Source: a virus (lineage: Duplodnaviria; Caudoviricetes). Taken from it: DNA of 64,000 bases. Of the stretch, positions 56,401-64,000 are shown piece after piece (the first letter of the stretch is position 1; the number at the start of each line of letters is the position of its first letter). The stretch is taken from positions 1-64,000 of the IMG/VR virus record IMGVR_UViG_3300031993_000048; one strand, written 5' to 3'. Both the position numbers and the translations under genes were made by a program. A model generated the notes under the pieces. It saw nothing but the letters and a program-made list of their open reading frames with translations. It had not been told where the DNA came from and made no database searches.

Positions 56401-59400
56401 CGATCGCCCGCGACCCCGCGCTGCGCCTCCAGGACCTGGTGGTGAAGGGCTTCTCCTCGCAGGTGGCGAACTGGCTCGACTCCACGGAAAACCTCCAGCT
56501 GGTCCTCGACGGGCAGCTCGGACGCAGGCCGTGGGACTTCGCGGCGGGGTCCGCCCTGCGCGACAACGCCGACCGGTTCGTCCATCTGATCGGAGCCGTG
56601 CGCGGCGTCGACCCCGCTCTCGTGCGCGCCATCGCGACGAAGACGACGACCGAGCAGGTCCCGCAGGGCGGGAAGGTCGCGGACCGGACGGTCGAGACGG
56701 CCTCCACGGAGACGCTCCTCCGCCGCATAGCGACCACGGTGGCCGTGTACGGGGACCTCGCCGCGACCGGAAGGGCGAAGGTCCCGGCGATCGCCCGGCT
56801 CCTCTCCTCGATACGCGTCGGGGACAACGGCGTCTCCCTTTCGCTCTCGTCGCGGGAAACCTCCGCCGACATCGAGACGCTCCGCGCCGGGTTCGACCTC
56901 CTCGCCGGCCAGGGCGGGGCGAAGGGCTACAGGATATACGAGCGCAACGAGGCGGGCGAGGCCGCGGACACGGGCCTGCGCGTGAGCGGCGCGGAGCTCG
57001 CGAAGCTCCTCGTCCTCCACGCGTCGCTCACGGGCACGTTCGGCGCGGCGCAGGACTACGTGACGCAGTCCAACCTCCCCGCCGTGTTCGGCGACGCGAG
57101 GCTCCGCTTCCTCGAGCGGTGCCGCCACGAGATCCTGGACACGGCCGAGATCGCGAGCGCCCTCGGGCTCGCGCCGGTCGACGTCGCGCGCACGAGCGCC
57201 TACGACCTCTTCGGCGACGTCGAGGTCATCCGCACCATCGGGAGGGAGCAGGCGAGGGACGTGGAGCTGCCGTACCTGCGCGAGGAGCTCGCCGCCGCGA
57301 AGAAGGCCGACGACGCGTCGCGGACGCGCACGGTGCTGCGCCGGGGCAAGGCCGTCAAGAAGGGGCTCGAGGACGGCGAGGAGGCGTTCCAGAGCTTCCG
57401 CACCTATCCCGCCCTGTCCGTCCTCCGCGGCGCCGCCGGGCTCACCCGCTACGGCGCGGAGGTCAACAACGCGCTCGAGGCCCGCCTCGGGCCGCACGAC
57501 CTGTACCGCCGCTGGATGTCGGACGACCCGTTCGCGGAGCTGACGCAGGACGTCCCCGGGCCGGAGACGGTCGCGTCCGCCGAGATCGGCTTCCCGGTCG
57601 AGGAGAAGTCCCCGCGCGTCGACGCTTCGGCGGTGGACACGTCGTGGGCCGATCCGCTCGAGACCCGCACGGCGTTCCGCCGCCCGGGCGAGACGGAGGA
57701 CGCGTACGTGTTCCCGCGCCCCGCGCTGTCGGAGGACGGGAGCCGCGTCGTGTTCTCCACGGACGACATGGTCGACTCCCTCGAGAAGGCGTACAACGGG
57801 CTCCTCGACGCGCTCATCGACGACTCGAAGTCCAACGAGGCCCGCGCCGAGCGCAAGCGCCTGTACAACGAGCTGAACCCGACGAAGAAGATCCTGACGC
57901 GCAGGCCCGACCTCGTGGCGTCGGACCTCGCGGACATCCTCTCGGAGGCCGCGAGGCGCGACGCCGACGTGTACGACGCGCTCGACAAGATCGGCGACAG
58001 GCTCGCGGTCCACCCCGACCCGAGGATCGCGGCGGCCATCGACATCGCGAACTCCCGCCTCGGGGCGGAGGGGCGGAACGGGATCGCGCGTCCGTCGGCC
58101 CCTGCGACGAGGGCGAGCTTCATGGGAGGCGCGACGCGCGCCCGGGTCGAGGCCGACCCCCGCTCCGCGTTCGCGGACAGGGCGGAGCGCGTGGCGCCCG
58201 GCTTCACGTCGCAGCAGATGATGTCCGCGAAGACCGCTGTCGTCGGCGCGTTCGAGAAGGCGTTCGACGGCGCGGAGGTCACGGAGGTGCAGGGCAAGGA
58301 CGGCGCGGAGACGAACCTCCTCAAGGTGACGCGCCGGATCGCGAACGGCAGGCAGATCGTCACGTACGTGGCGATCGGCTCCAGAATGGGCGACACGCTC
58401 GGCATGGAGGCCGCCGCGGACTCGATCGCCGCGCTCCTCAACGCCCGGAACGGCGGGTCGCTCACGGGCGAGGCCGTCATACGCGCGTTCGGCGCGGCGA
58501 ACGTCGCCAGGCTCGCCGACATCATGCGGCGCACCGGCGCGCAGACCGGAGAGTCCGACACGACGAGCCTCGACTTCGCGCCGTTCATGTCGGGCGTGAT
58601 CCGCCTTTCCGACAGGGCGGACTTCACGACGCTCTTCCACGAGTACTACCACCAGATGGTCGCCGTCTACAGGAAGCTCGGCATCCTCGACCCCGACACC
58701 GAGCGGAGGCTCAACGAGGACTTCGGCGGCGAGGAAGGCGCGGCGGAGATGTTCGGCCGCTACCTCTCCGGCGTCGAGGCGGGCGCGGACGACGTGGAGC
58801 TCCGGGACTTCATGGGCGCGGACGGGCTCACCGACGCGCACCTCCGGCTGTTCGCGGACTTCCGCCGCAGGGCCGCCGACATCGCGCGCGGCATGTTCCG
58901 CGGCATGGACGCCGACGGCGCCGCGCACTTCGTCGCGCTCCGCATCGTGCAAGGCGAGGTGACGGAAGAGGAGGCCCTGCGCATCGCCGAGCCGTCCGCG
59001 GCCGACGTGGAGAACCTCGAGCGCCAGCTCCAGGGGCTCGAGTCCCGCCCGCGCCTCGACGTCCTCACGGACGAGCAGATGGCGGACGCGATGTCGATCA
59101 GGGAGGCCGCGCTCGCCGCGCTGGCGTCCGGCGACGCCGGCGCGATCCGCGCGGCGGGGCTGCGCACGCTGGCGTTCTTCCAGAAGAAGACGCCGTCGGC
59201 TCCCGTGTCCAGGACGACGGACTCCGAAGCCCGGGACGAGGAGCGCGGGGAGCGCGCGGAGGACGTCGACATCTCCCGCGTCTCCGGGTTCATCAGGAGG
59301 GCGCTCCTCCGGTACGAGAGGGACGGCATGGGCGAGGACTTCGCCGAGTCGATGCGCCTGTATCGCGAGTTCCCCGTGGTCGGGGACGCGGCGAGCGGCC

Positions 59401-62400
59401 CGAACGCCGCCCTGTTCTACACCGTGCGCAGCTTCATCGCGCACGTCGCGGAGGCGGAGAACATCTCGATATACAGGGAAGACGGGTCGCTCACGCCCGC
59501 CGGCGAGAAGCTCATGTCGAGCGAGACCGTCGGCGAGCTCGCCATGCGCTTCGTCAACAACGCCACGCAGGAGCGCCGGTCGCAGGACCGCCGGCAGGGC
59601 GTGGAGTGGGCCTCGTCCGCGTGGGCGTTCAGCCGCGCGCTCGAGAGCGTCGCGCCCGGGACGTACGAGCGGTACTGCGCCCTGCTCGCCCGCAAGAGCG
59701 CGGAGGCGTTCCGCCGCCTCGGCGAGTCCCTGCTCGCCCGTCCCGGGAAGACGCAAGACGACATAGACGCCGCCAACGAGTTCATCGCGAAGTCCGGGGA
59801 GATCGAGAACTTCGTCCGCCACGTGGCGAGGGGCGAGGACGTCCGCTCGCTGCTGCCGTTCGACGTCGAGTCCGGCGGAAACCTGCACGGCCTGTTCCTC
59901 GCGTACTTCACCGGAGGCGCGAGGTTCCAGCGGGACGAGGAGGGCGAATACCTCTACCCGAAGGGCCCGGTGCGCCCGTACTCGCGGGAGCTCGACCACA
60001 CGTCCCGCCTCGAGACCGGGGACCCGGCGCTCGATCCGCTCGTCGACCTCGCCTACAACTACGCGGCGCAGGCGTTCTCCGTCGCGGAGGCCGCGCGCAG
60101 CTACCGCAGGCAGGTGCTCGGCGAGGGCAAGGACGGGGAGGCCGCGGACGAGGAGCGCCCGGAGGGCGTCGGCGAGACCGCCGGCCCGGCGTCCATCTCG
60201 TCCGAGGAGGTCTCCGAGTCGACGAAGGGCCTCGAGGAGGCGCTGCCCCCGGACGCGCCGCTCGACGTCAACGCGTCCCCCGCGGCGACGGCGCCGTCCG
60301 ACTTCTTCGCGAAGGTCGACACGACGCTCACGACGCCGGAGTGGATCCTGGCGAACCCGGGCAAGTGGCTCGAGTCCGACATGCAGCGGAACCTGTCCGG
60401 CGCGTCCATGCGCGACATGATGACCGACCACGCCGTGAAGGCGGCGACGGAGCGGCACTACCGGCTCGCGATGGACTGGGTGCAGTTCTTCGGCATGGAC
60501 ACGCACGTCGGCGACGGGGTGCGCAAGGTCGAGATCGTGGAGTCGAGGCTGGGCAGGAACGCCCAGGGCGACTTCTCGGTCTCGGAGGGGAACGCCCATT
60601 CCGTGATGCGCTTCTCGCAGACGCGGGGCGCGCTGTTCGGCGCGTTCGCGTGGCAGGAGAAGAGGGTCGGGGAGGCGCTCACGACCGACGACATCCGCGA
60701 GCTGCACGCGGTCGGGCGCCTCGTGAAGCTCATCGCGAACCGCCAGTCCGCGGACCTGCTCGGGATCGAGATCGGGCACCTCGCCGTGCCGGGCGCGGTC
60801 GAGATGCTGCGCAGGGACGACTACGCCGACTTCCTCTCGAGGGGGCGGCTCCTCGAGCGCGTCGCCGACTCGGGCTACCGCCTGAACGCCCTCGAGGACC
60901 TGCTGCGCCGGATCGTGGACGACGTCCCGAAGTCCGTCCTCGACGCCGGGTTCTACGACGCGGTCGTCGGGGCGCTCCGCAAGGCCGCGCTCCGGTCGGG
61001 CCCCGGAGGCGCGGAGCTTCCGCCGGAGGCCGTGAACGAGAACATGCTGCGCGCGCTCGAGAGGGCGGGCGTCGTCCACCGGTCGAAGGGCACCGGGCGC
61101 GCGGTCGTCTGCGTCTCGGCGAAGCGCATGCTCGACGCGTGGAACGCGTCGGACGCGAAGCGCAAGCTCCGGGACGCCGGGCGGCCGGAGAAGATGCTGA
61201 ACCCGTACTACTGGGCCGACAGGTTCGCGAGGGCCGCGAAGGACCTGAACAACGTCGCGGCGAAGTCCACGTACCTCACGCTCGGCGAGGGGTCGCGGTT
61301 CACGCTCGCCGGCACGAGCCGCTTCTGGTGGCACGGCGGGACGGGCTCCCACAAGTTCCAGGTCGACGCGTACCAGAACGCGATCAGGGCGTTCGAGGGG
61401 ATGTCCCCGTCGAGCGTGGACGTCCTCCGGGCGAAGCAGTCGGAGCTCTTCGAGATCATCGAGGCGAGCCGCGACCCGTCGGTGCTGCGCCGCCAGGCGT
61501 TCTCGAAGAAGGGTGTCTCCCGCCTCTCCGACCGCGAGCTCCGCTACCTCGCCTACCTCATGGGGCTCACGACCCGCGGCGACGAGACGCGGTTCGACGC
61601 CGCGGGGTTCGCGCGCGACATCGCGGCGGGCCGGTACGAGACGTTCGACCGCGACCTCAAGGTGCCCTGCACCATCCGGCGCGACGCGACCGTGCTCGAC
61701 ATCCGCCTCCAGATCGCGGAGCTCGTGTCGAGGAAGACGTTCTCCGAGAACCTCTCCGCGCTGACCGCCGAGGAGCGCCAGGACTACCTCAACGCGCAGA
61801 CCGCCGCCGACGAGCTCCGCGAGACGCTCTCGCGCGACGTGCCGGGGCGCGTGACCGCCCGCAGCGAGATGGAGGAGTTCGACCGCACCGGGCGTCTCGG
61901 CGACTCGCGCACCGCCGCGGAGTCGCTCATCGAGATGTGCAAGGAGCTGACGACCGCCGAGCGGTTCCGCGGATGCCTCGCGCAGATGCTCGCGGCGGTC
62001 TCCGCCGACGGCACGCCGTCGTTCGTCGTCGCCCCGACGGAGGCCGCGGTCGGCGTGGACCGCATGCCGGACGAGTACTGGGGCGCGCTCGCGCGCCACG
62101 TCGCGAGGTTCCTCGGGCGCAAGATCCCGACGATCGGCTACGACGAGGGGCTCTCCGGCGCGGAGAACATGCGCCGCATCCACAGGCAGCTCTCCGAGGG
62201 CGACCAGAAGCTGTACGGGAAGATGAGCGCGTCGAAGTACGGCGGGGGCCGGCTCTTCCAGGGCGACATCCTCTGCCGCCTGGACGACCGGGACGCCGCC
62301 GGGAACGTGGACGAGGCGACGAGGGCGCTCGGCGGAGAGGCCGCGTGCTACATGAAGCAGCTCCTGTCGGCGCTCCGCGCGCCGACGCAGAGCGCGGCGT

Positions 62401-64000
62401 GGCGCGTCCTCGACACCATGGCGAGCTGGTCGAAGATCTCGTCCGTCGGCTTCTCCGCGTTCTTCCAGATCGCGACCGCCTTCGAGTCCCCGACCGCCGC
62501 CGTCGGGTTCCTCCGCGCCCTCGCGGGCCAGGCCGAGTGGATCGGCAAGGCCGTCAGGAAGGCGACCGGCTCCGACGAGGTGTTCACCCGCGACCTCGTC
62601 CGGCTCCTCAACTCCAACGACCCGTTCGTGACGGAGGCGAGGGAGCTGTGCGACCTCGTCGGCATGCCGCTCGACCCGGCGCTCGACTTCACGAACGACC
62701 CGAACGACTCGAACCCCGTCCTCGGCCACGCGCAGGGCGTGAAGAGGCAGGTCGAGCAGGTCTCCGCGTTCGCGGAGCGCGCGCTCGGCAGGCGCGGCGG
62801 CAAGGCCGTCCGCAAGGCCCTCGAGTTCGGCTACCGCCACCCGACGGACTACACGTTCAACGTCGTCCTCAACGGCGTCAAGATGGCGGTCGTCATGCAG
62901 ACGGTCCGCCGCCTGCGCGAGGAGTGCCTGAAGGGCGGGCGCCCGTTCGACCTCGTGAAGGAGATGCGCAAGTACGGCGGCTACGTCAACGCCGAGATCG
63001 GCGGCATCGACCCCGCGCGCTACGCGTGGGCGACGCCCGGCATGCGCAAGCTCCTGTCGCTCGGCATGTTCTCGTGGCAGTGGACGGTCGGCGCGTGGAG
63101 CGCGGGCGGGGGCGAGGCGATCTCCGACCTCATATTCGGCGGGCACTCGTCCACGAAGGCGCTCCGCCGCCACGCGCTCCTGCGCTGGATCAGGATGTTC
63201 GGCATCGTGAAGTTCGGCGTGCCCGCCGTCCTCCAGGCCGGGATCAAGGTCCTCTCGATGCTGGGCCTCAAGGCGCTTCCGCCGGACCCCGACGACCCCG
63301 AGGACGGCCTCGAGCAGGAGGTCGACGAGATGCCGTGGTGGACGTTCAACAACGAGTCGAAGGCCGGCATGCTCGCGTTCGACGTGACCCCGCTCCTGAA
63401 GCTCGCGGCCCGCGTGCCGGGCATGAAGGAGATGAAGCGCGCGGACGTCCCGTACCTCTCGTGGGCGATCCCGGCGTACGTCGGCGGCGGGCGCAACACC
63501 ACCGGCAAGCGGCACTACTACATGCACTTCGGCAAGCAGTCGGACGAGTTCTGGCGCTGGTTCGAGAACCCGCTCGGGCAGTTCGTGTCGAAGCTCTCGA
63601 TCCCGCTCCAGAAGGGGCTCGAGGGATTCTTCGGAAGGCTCTCCCCGAACGGCTTCTCCAAGGGCTTCGCCGACAAGACGATGGTCGACCGGTGGTTCAC
63701 GCTGTCGCTCGATCCCGACCAGTCGGCGCTCGCGAACTTCGTCCTCTCGCACTTCATGTCGTTCTCCGTGGAGGGCATGAAGGCGAACGCGGACGCCGGG
63801 TTCCTCGCCGCCGTGGGTCCGATGCGCATGGGGCAGTCGAAGCGCTCGACGATGCTCCGCATCGAGGACCGGCTCCAGCGCTTCGTCGAGGACGACCGCA
63901 CGGGCAACCCGTGGAGCAGCAGGAAGAACCGCCGCAAGTTCAACCTCATGTGCACGGACATCCTGCGCGAGGCGCAGCTGAACGGCGTGGACGTGACGAC
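44478..64000 (+). CDS. Giant virion polyprotein (>6,500 aa, 3' partial) with two-barrel RNA polymerase and zincin metallopeptidase motifs
   Basis: AAGGAG 9 nt before ATG (MPRNPFADPF...); the track lists no stop-terminated ORF in this frame, and in-register antisense ORFs (44397..49997, 50622..63752) agree; HRSP at 54855-54866, GSDMDGD at 54990-55010, HEYYH at 58638-58652. Confidence 0.85.
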   Translation, partial: MPRNPFADPFTNPADAGESLFGRDGAMAPAMPRLVPAADEIADSSLSISSAPDPLAPRLDDDDDEPDVPQFQSPYKGQDLLSEPMDKEKGPTAFQRKEINWSDGGEDLTRPRRRNVAPSDWLEVDYLFGKKEGASGKPVEAANVFGRQFTRDELERDEDGRKLLGLMEFRRSGKVNEGGALANFGKGFSDWGTSDIPFYGWFADIGTTVGDAIEMSRTIRKLQDGGEVTPREAIRLRTHMLRQELESQRTMAHQVGSTVRSSVTLGAEILASSAIGAGIGAMFGGVGAPVGAAVGALFAPIRWLFGIGGTAAKAGARKVVNVGMKQLTAKMARDLTAAELKTIVRTGAATYGEEGVRSLLREGVKKGLRGRELYHSLAGELQYATRMSDPGRMAARALFSADYRLALEGGLRAAVEQKALAKTLVNATKDDIARLSVRERARLVNEGIRKMVANNEWKPFVQDFAKGVMVGDRTAAVDFVRKGVQEATGRTLVAPQYAQRILDIAASSVAKDMELAAGKLAFANPVRFFRYFGEHAARGLVQSEHGLFGGAPTIAHSGFTTFARGKDALKEGIGRVFIEAPIQGALQFVGGPLALSPIFAAASGYSPTDLTVKGQLGYQIDALIRGDREKMDTARQAALGSAFVEYASEAAGRGLGAMFGGAVATAVGKSPSAVAEGAKAMVTPVSRRIGSALDRAVKAVYGEGDLLKNGVEGFTGQASRALRGLTGRSGVKASVARAVQNRTIDGFDDATKTALARKGVKDWKGFQKFVAASAADGNRMRAGLNYFGLKLMERGMTPDRVVQFFRQAGYSGILEEMGEERVGDFMRGLFGFDDTASDATWKDKLRSMFSGITDFDQLATEFIAFAIPGAIRRGTISAQSWLANGAVGQARAAAQGLRYMTDLGRGKVYAAVGGVTQEDKERIERRPAESAAMRDGVLGTTKDNRSRMSANAAAMAANAAGIEQAVRDAGGLSEQGSSPDERAAYEAMLAPVLSAQGEGQMRAAMDELADEYLAAGDEATLERTMEQTGATAIFGEDGVDAIRREWRKGAGHEFSADSEIEASLADWKAFDAQSPTVSRREPGSVGEAVDDMCAQIAGMDRNASVTAGEEDRANGERDAMVADENARDVAVEDAMTLARYLGRGAVNSSREMSFGRRVMSRIVGMLGAASTGDLSLAATSPAAWLAQDEGVDKNLQMALLQCYSAGLMSGWAKMSAGQSEALRQAVGSVETAEELRQKLDALRRERRISDDIFDQLEEAGEETFRARVTEFMTAYMTASGVALVTRQDAVDMARSIVAKRHEKAGEAFERDEAWFAREDIAREVEAARSDVIDGVIATARNSLGYTTHRGAGDYGTYMTVDVAQAMKNGTSAEVLAAILDSPAFRGVARVQNVSGLSEHEREMAMSLLTSDVADLGAIAAIETEGEGNADRELTERELAEVNAAMRANPSDYTPEAFQNLARTFVRRVKLARENMRSTFSRLDDAGNRIVATIAPAAGGFAVVETDESTGATTRTEVAGSREDVEAQLASQGFALEEQRLVISQVKTFASSDATSLLFLRSGQDREAVRDIFKDSAGEIEDENVLPPWCRKERREPGGPLVWKYSDDQSDLAAEEFRRELALADEYERNGDSWMYYLAGTGASAKDRRARMAEAKKMHERVYGVSVEGASPTSGYESRARLELERLGIRRSSSVGTDLQQIGMPSDAYVMPVDAVNAKDVVVLTPDYFALGHGEALLRHGVRHALNAYVAGAGEEAELRNALLVEAYREFRGCIDDIVAEAETARGGRAEAKRLRAAYDELFPARADGLPSTLDLAKIASSSLFFSCDRGNYEDGNGFLHSAELSKAADRFRSTDIFMFFMSAVDEALGGKGLFDPARSSAGGLARYRAAFAPDFVKLREARKSAVFGGQSGEMKNPFVRGFRLRDGLTADEVRSGAGKWVVPDAAIGLKEPTSDRLRARDFDGKIGGYWGLYASSGQRFAQAYGSLTGERDAVLSSARAFEMARRSDLCGGETAGGTETRARMSDTVAPLAKRELRRLSETLSVADISPASLESAGQAMRSIATSLMAGAKDKARTEAALVREFEGWLLGRGVSKAIAAEMVAAFERATVRPIAKKTDEEAKNEEADAQNAETEEIENRESTNDPDNERRVGQFINDQNIMAVSGFLKFIMPAECGDSAPTFLRLRADLSRPEMYGELAGERASWKEDVDAFVRMLGVNSDLRNIDRALASNLVNLSSREDTDRMLDRVATLLWENGRRDYALAVAAIRNVDPANGERSKMLERLSQATAVTPMRLDRTGPAKPFGIDFIGSGARADVVPGVVASGYTSLSETVLKGMFKADGSLAKDAGAALAKVVAYVRSDSFASKRLAPILGTPVKVGFVHVTFDKALYETLEAVANGKGATTLAEYTDAVLAVADIIRARSAAAADVLDGILGAGSQYAHMLRSPYVLSEVVRVALSAYNMKRGTSYGRNLREAAVMKLVRLANYLVADPSQRGKVSWQTSVQRCSGIVEDLVVEPVEGLLLRLGVNPASTTLEADLAKALEGKDADWVRDTLRQMAKDKLATDMHLDCGANPAEAIRKRDKAGDKPWTGLNNAPTFVPGAYRSASNLDVLVEAYLAGAPRSSATLGGRAASAIEGAKNKSVQTLPSMLPGFVRFANSVLCQASGVTDELAGNGNRWRDRSNPIVSFVGAKDSGGRLLRRESVAGALRSAIDAENSDPEYVPTHVLVPFFRADKPACYALRIPVGTMRAMIEAAVGNEEVVRQLPADLAAVVEEVAKTKGEDLKGKEYVAYKKKFHQAAYALAASALGQSQIDPKRVPVLSSCGPLISTYVDRGEGTDPRAGCYFVSMVGGSTGASMMGGYITAGVLPSRVSGMGEGSWSQAQKLHMFSVKRGVNFKKGQASAIGLGFYADGRSDDRSRTNGEIVSNHAVRFAQRQGRRQLEALLSQEFKDAGLSGQNLLDPVPALEDGATDEQKAEHAELERIHDKAVDVANAFLANATIAVDDLETNKAGLFGSSCGVKVEKGATKIEVGGVTVAELADGKWRSSVPGFEFDFDGEGVKNGRALVMPVLAALAAKQGGRVDAAGIEGTWVRPDGSEFTGKLGDSGLLSEGETLACEIDKETGAARVVFFTRDMYGQVVASNANSSKASDHHVFPTNATRDHWMMEAITNATTPGGRNGSRRFIDAHAGYSLLRLATLAHNGELMRREMRRDQELVALLKAHPNDNQVRDAISDRARAFLEKQTLVGYYGNHGIMVPSGGKLVSGDEFAHTVEIEWAPGTTDYDRGCYKPATVYTREEAEAFGASRSWASGSVNADVEGFRYGLYFDEAALDSLLSQVAPDEQALARFARAGVDAAVAGRMARLAAFMEDLGGPLESQEQRTKRDALLACAYDYTGKKASENVRAKDIRFDDLFVRSWDGTTSFDYAAVDHEGRVSLHDGAKHLYLGGSVFHAHRSPSGNIAAACGTVRATCPYSFFPDGRIGRESKYALDPVTTATQGSDMDGDSASLQFYDYGAEDLVDAPAMRRFTDAVLGGADPFDVAKEMKWTVVQDGMEVVDPRVLRAVSRLVFSAQANNYREAATFHQGYTSVTALAGRKATGADFAVHYRENPPADGVFADYGFAGRHPVGTDAVFSEPFGAETLARFETLAGRKVLGRLSAEFKAKWFVEGKKMNKVLEAIVDEIRGKPKNSLLKMGEAADASDAASDSAKARGISVASQSTILRAIVTDLFGTGDRMTYDEAKGYSAVIDLIAHIDGVSNNLFDTLKKMFATRAGWTTSMLPFFLGRLAVDAREEAGRGGPVDSAFVLAEAAKFLEELTRVDGKIHTSATVAGRLASLLDPVRRDVAAARLAELYNGEQKDKGATVMTQYRGRPKTADEIINDFCRKRLEGEAYSMTRDAKAVYAAAYMTDAAHPVDESDYAVYDLVASSMDDSKALCRAVDYMKVAGKGLADVGRYALKAEGEETDETIARDPALRLQDLVVKGFSSQVANWLDSTENLQLVLDGQLGRRPWDFAAGSALRDNADRFVHLIGAVRGVDPALVRAIATKTTTEQVPQGGKVADRTVETASTETLLRRIATTVAVYGDLAATGRAKVPAIARLLSSIRVGDNGVSLSLSSRETSADIETLRAGFDLLAGQGGAKGYRIYERNEAGEAADTGLRVSGAELAKLLVLHASLTGTFGAAQDYVTQSNLPAVFGDARLRFLERCRHEILDTAEIASALGLAPVDVARTSAYDLFGDVEVIRTIGREQARDVELPYLREELAAAKKADDASRTRTVLRRGKAVKKGLEDGEEAFQSFRTYPALSVLRGAAGLTRYGAEVNNALEARLGPHDLYRRWMSDDPFAELTQDVPGPETVASAEIGFPVEEKSPRVDASAVDTSWADPLETRTAFRRPGETEDAYVFPRPALSEDGSRVVFSTDDMVDSLEKAYNGLLDALIDDSKSNEARAERKRLYNELNPTKKILTRRPDLVASDLADILSEAARRDADVYDALDKIGDRLAVHPDPRIAAAIDIANSRLGAEGRNGIARPSAPATRASFMGGATRARVEADPRSAFADRAERVAPGFTSQQMMSAKTAVVGAFEKAFDGAEVTEVQGKDGAETNLLKVTRRIANGRQIVTYVAIGSRMGDTLGMEAAADSIAALLNARNGGSLTGEAVIRAFGAANVARLADIMRRTGAQTGESDTTSLDFAPFMSGVIRLSDRADFTTLFHEYYHQMVAVYRKLGILDPDTERRLNEDFGGEEGAAEMFGRYLSGVEAGADDVELRDFMGADGLTDAHLRLFADFRRRAADIARGMFRGMDADGAAHFVALRIVQGEVTEEEALRIAEPSAADVENLERQLQGLESRPRLDVLTDEQMADAMSIREAALAALASGDAGAIRAAGLRTLAFFQKKTPSAPVSRTTDSEARDEERGERAEDVDISRVSGFIRRALLRYERDGMGEDFAESMRLYREFPVVGDAASGPNAALFYTVRSFIAHVAEAENISIYREDGSLTPAGEKLMSSETVGELAMRFVNNATQERRSQDRRQGVEWASSAWAFSRALESVAPGTYERYCALLARKSAEAFRRLGESLLARPGKTQDDIDAANEFIAKSGEIENFVRHVARGEDVRSLLPFDVESGGNLHGLFLAYFTGGARFQRDEEGEYLYPKGPVRPYSRELDHTSRLETGDPALDPLVDLAYNYAAQAFSVAEAARSYRRQVLGEGKDGEAADEERPEGVGETAGPASISSEEVSESTKGLEEALPPDAPLDVNASPAATAPSDFFAKVDTTLTTPEWILANPGKWLESDMQRNLSGASMRDMMTDHAVKAATERHYRLAMDWVQFFGMDTHVGDGVRKVEIVESRLGRNAQGDFSVSEGNAHSVMRFSQTRGALFGAFAWQEKRVGEALTTDDIRELHAVGRLVKLIANRQSADLLGIEIGHLAVPGAVEMLRRDDYADFLSRGRLLERVADSGYRLNALEDLLRRIVDDVPKSVLDAGFYDAVVGALRKAALRSGPGGAELPPEAVNENMLRALERAGVVHRSKGTGRAVVCVSAKRMLDAWNASDAKRKLRDAGRPEKMLNPYYWADRFARAAKDLNNVAAKSTYLTLGEGSRFTLAGTSRFWWHGGTGSHKFQVDAYQNAIRAFEGMSPSSVDVLRAKQSELFEIIEASRDPSVLRRQAFSKKGVSRLSDRELRYLAYLMGLTTRGDETRFDAAGFARDIAAGRYETFDRDLKVPCTIRRDATVLDIRLQIAELVSRKTFSENLSALTAEERQDYLNAQTAADELRETLSRDVPGRVTARSEMEEFDRTGRLGDSRTAAESLIEMCKELTTAERFRGCLAQMLAAVSADGTPSFVVAPTEAAVGVDRMPDEYWGALARHVARFLGRKIPTIGYDEGLSGAENMRRIHRQLSEGDQKLYGKMSASKYGGGRLFQGDILCRLDDRDAAGNVDEATRALGGEAACYMKQLLSALRAPTQSAAWRVLDTMASWSKISSVGFSAFFQIATAFESPTAAVGFLRALAGQAEWIGKAVRKATGSDEVFTRDLVRLLNSNDPFVTEARELCDLVGMPLDPALDFTNDPNDSNPVLGHAQGVKRQVEQVSAFAERALGRRGGKAVRKALEFGYRHPTDYTFNVVLNGVKMAVVMQTVRRLREECLKGGRPFDLVKEMRKYGGYVNAEIGGIDPARYAWATPGMRKLLSLGMFSWQWTVGAWSAGGGEAISDLIFGGHSSTKALRRHALLRWIRMFGIVKFGVPAVLQAGIKVLSMLGLKALPPDPDDPEDGLEQEVDEMPWWTFNNESKAGMLAFDVTPLLKLAARVPGMKEMKRADVPYLSWAIPAYVGGGRNTTGKRHYYMHFGKQSDEFWRWFENPLGQFVSKLSIPLQKGLEGFFGRLSPNGFSKGFADKTMVDRWFTLSLDPDQSALANFVLSHFMSFSVEGMKANADAGFLAAVGPMRMGQSKRSTMLRIEDRLQRFVEDDRTGNPWSSRKNRRKFNLMCTDILREAQLNGVDVT

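Noticed and set aside
50622-63752. 4376-aa minus-strand ORF
   Set aside because: Exact in-register antisense shadow of the giant plus-strand gene; R/G/V/L/A-rich with no motifs, typical of high-GC codon bias.
1-64000. Specific host assignment (PVC superphylum / Kiritimatiellia-like)
   Set aside because: High GC, TN-rich exported proteins and a YGGSK motif are reminiscent from memory, but no host genes or spacer matches are available, so it is not claimed.

Overview
About 70% GC fragment of a tailed dsDNA phage genome with podovirus-like gene order; no integrase, DNA polymerase or host genes are recognisable in the window. (1) 1-8.2 kb: a leftward (minus-strand) arm of short, translationally coupled hypothetical genes, interspersed with structured non-coding elements, including a ~330-nt RNA ending in a tRNA T-arm plus CCA. 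(2) 8.2-10.2 kb: a divergent, partly AT-rich control region with a 17-bp motif in three copies, direct and inverted repeats, and an SSB-like gene. (3) 10.3-64 kb: a rightward structural arm: tail/adhesin-like genes (many with signal-peptide-like N-termini), a putative lysis cassette built round a papain-like protease, terminase large subunit, repeat-rich tail proteins, portal, scaffold, probable major capsid, adaptor and ejection-type proteins. It ends with a giant ORF missing from the supplied track (44478 to >64000, >6,500 aa, open at the window edge). That ORF carries two-barrel RNA polymerase motifs (HRSP...GSDMDGD) and a zincin HEYYH motif, so it is a probable virion-packaged RNA polymerase polyprotein. 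The very long minus-strand ORFs in the track are antisense shadows. Family assignments are by eye from motifs and synteny; no searches were run.
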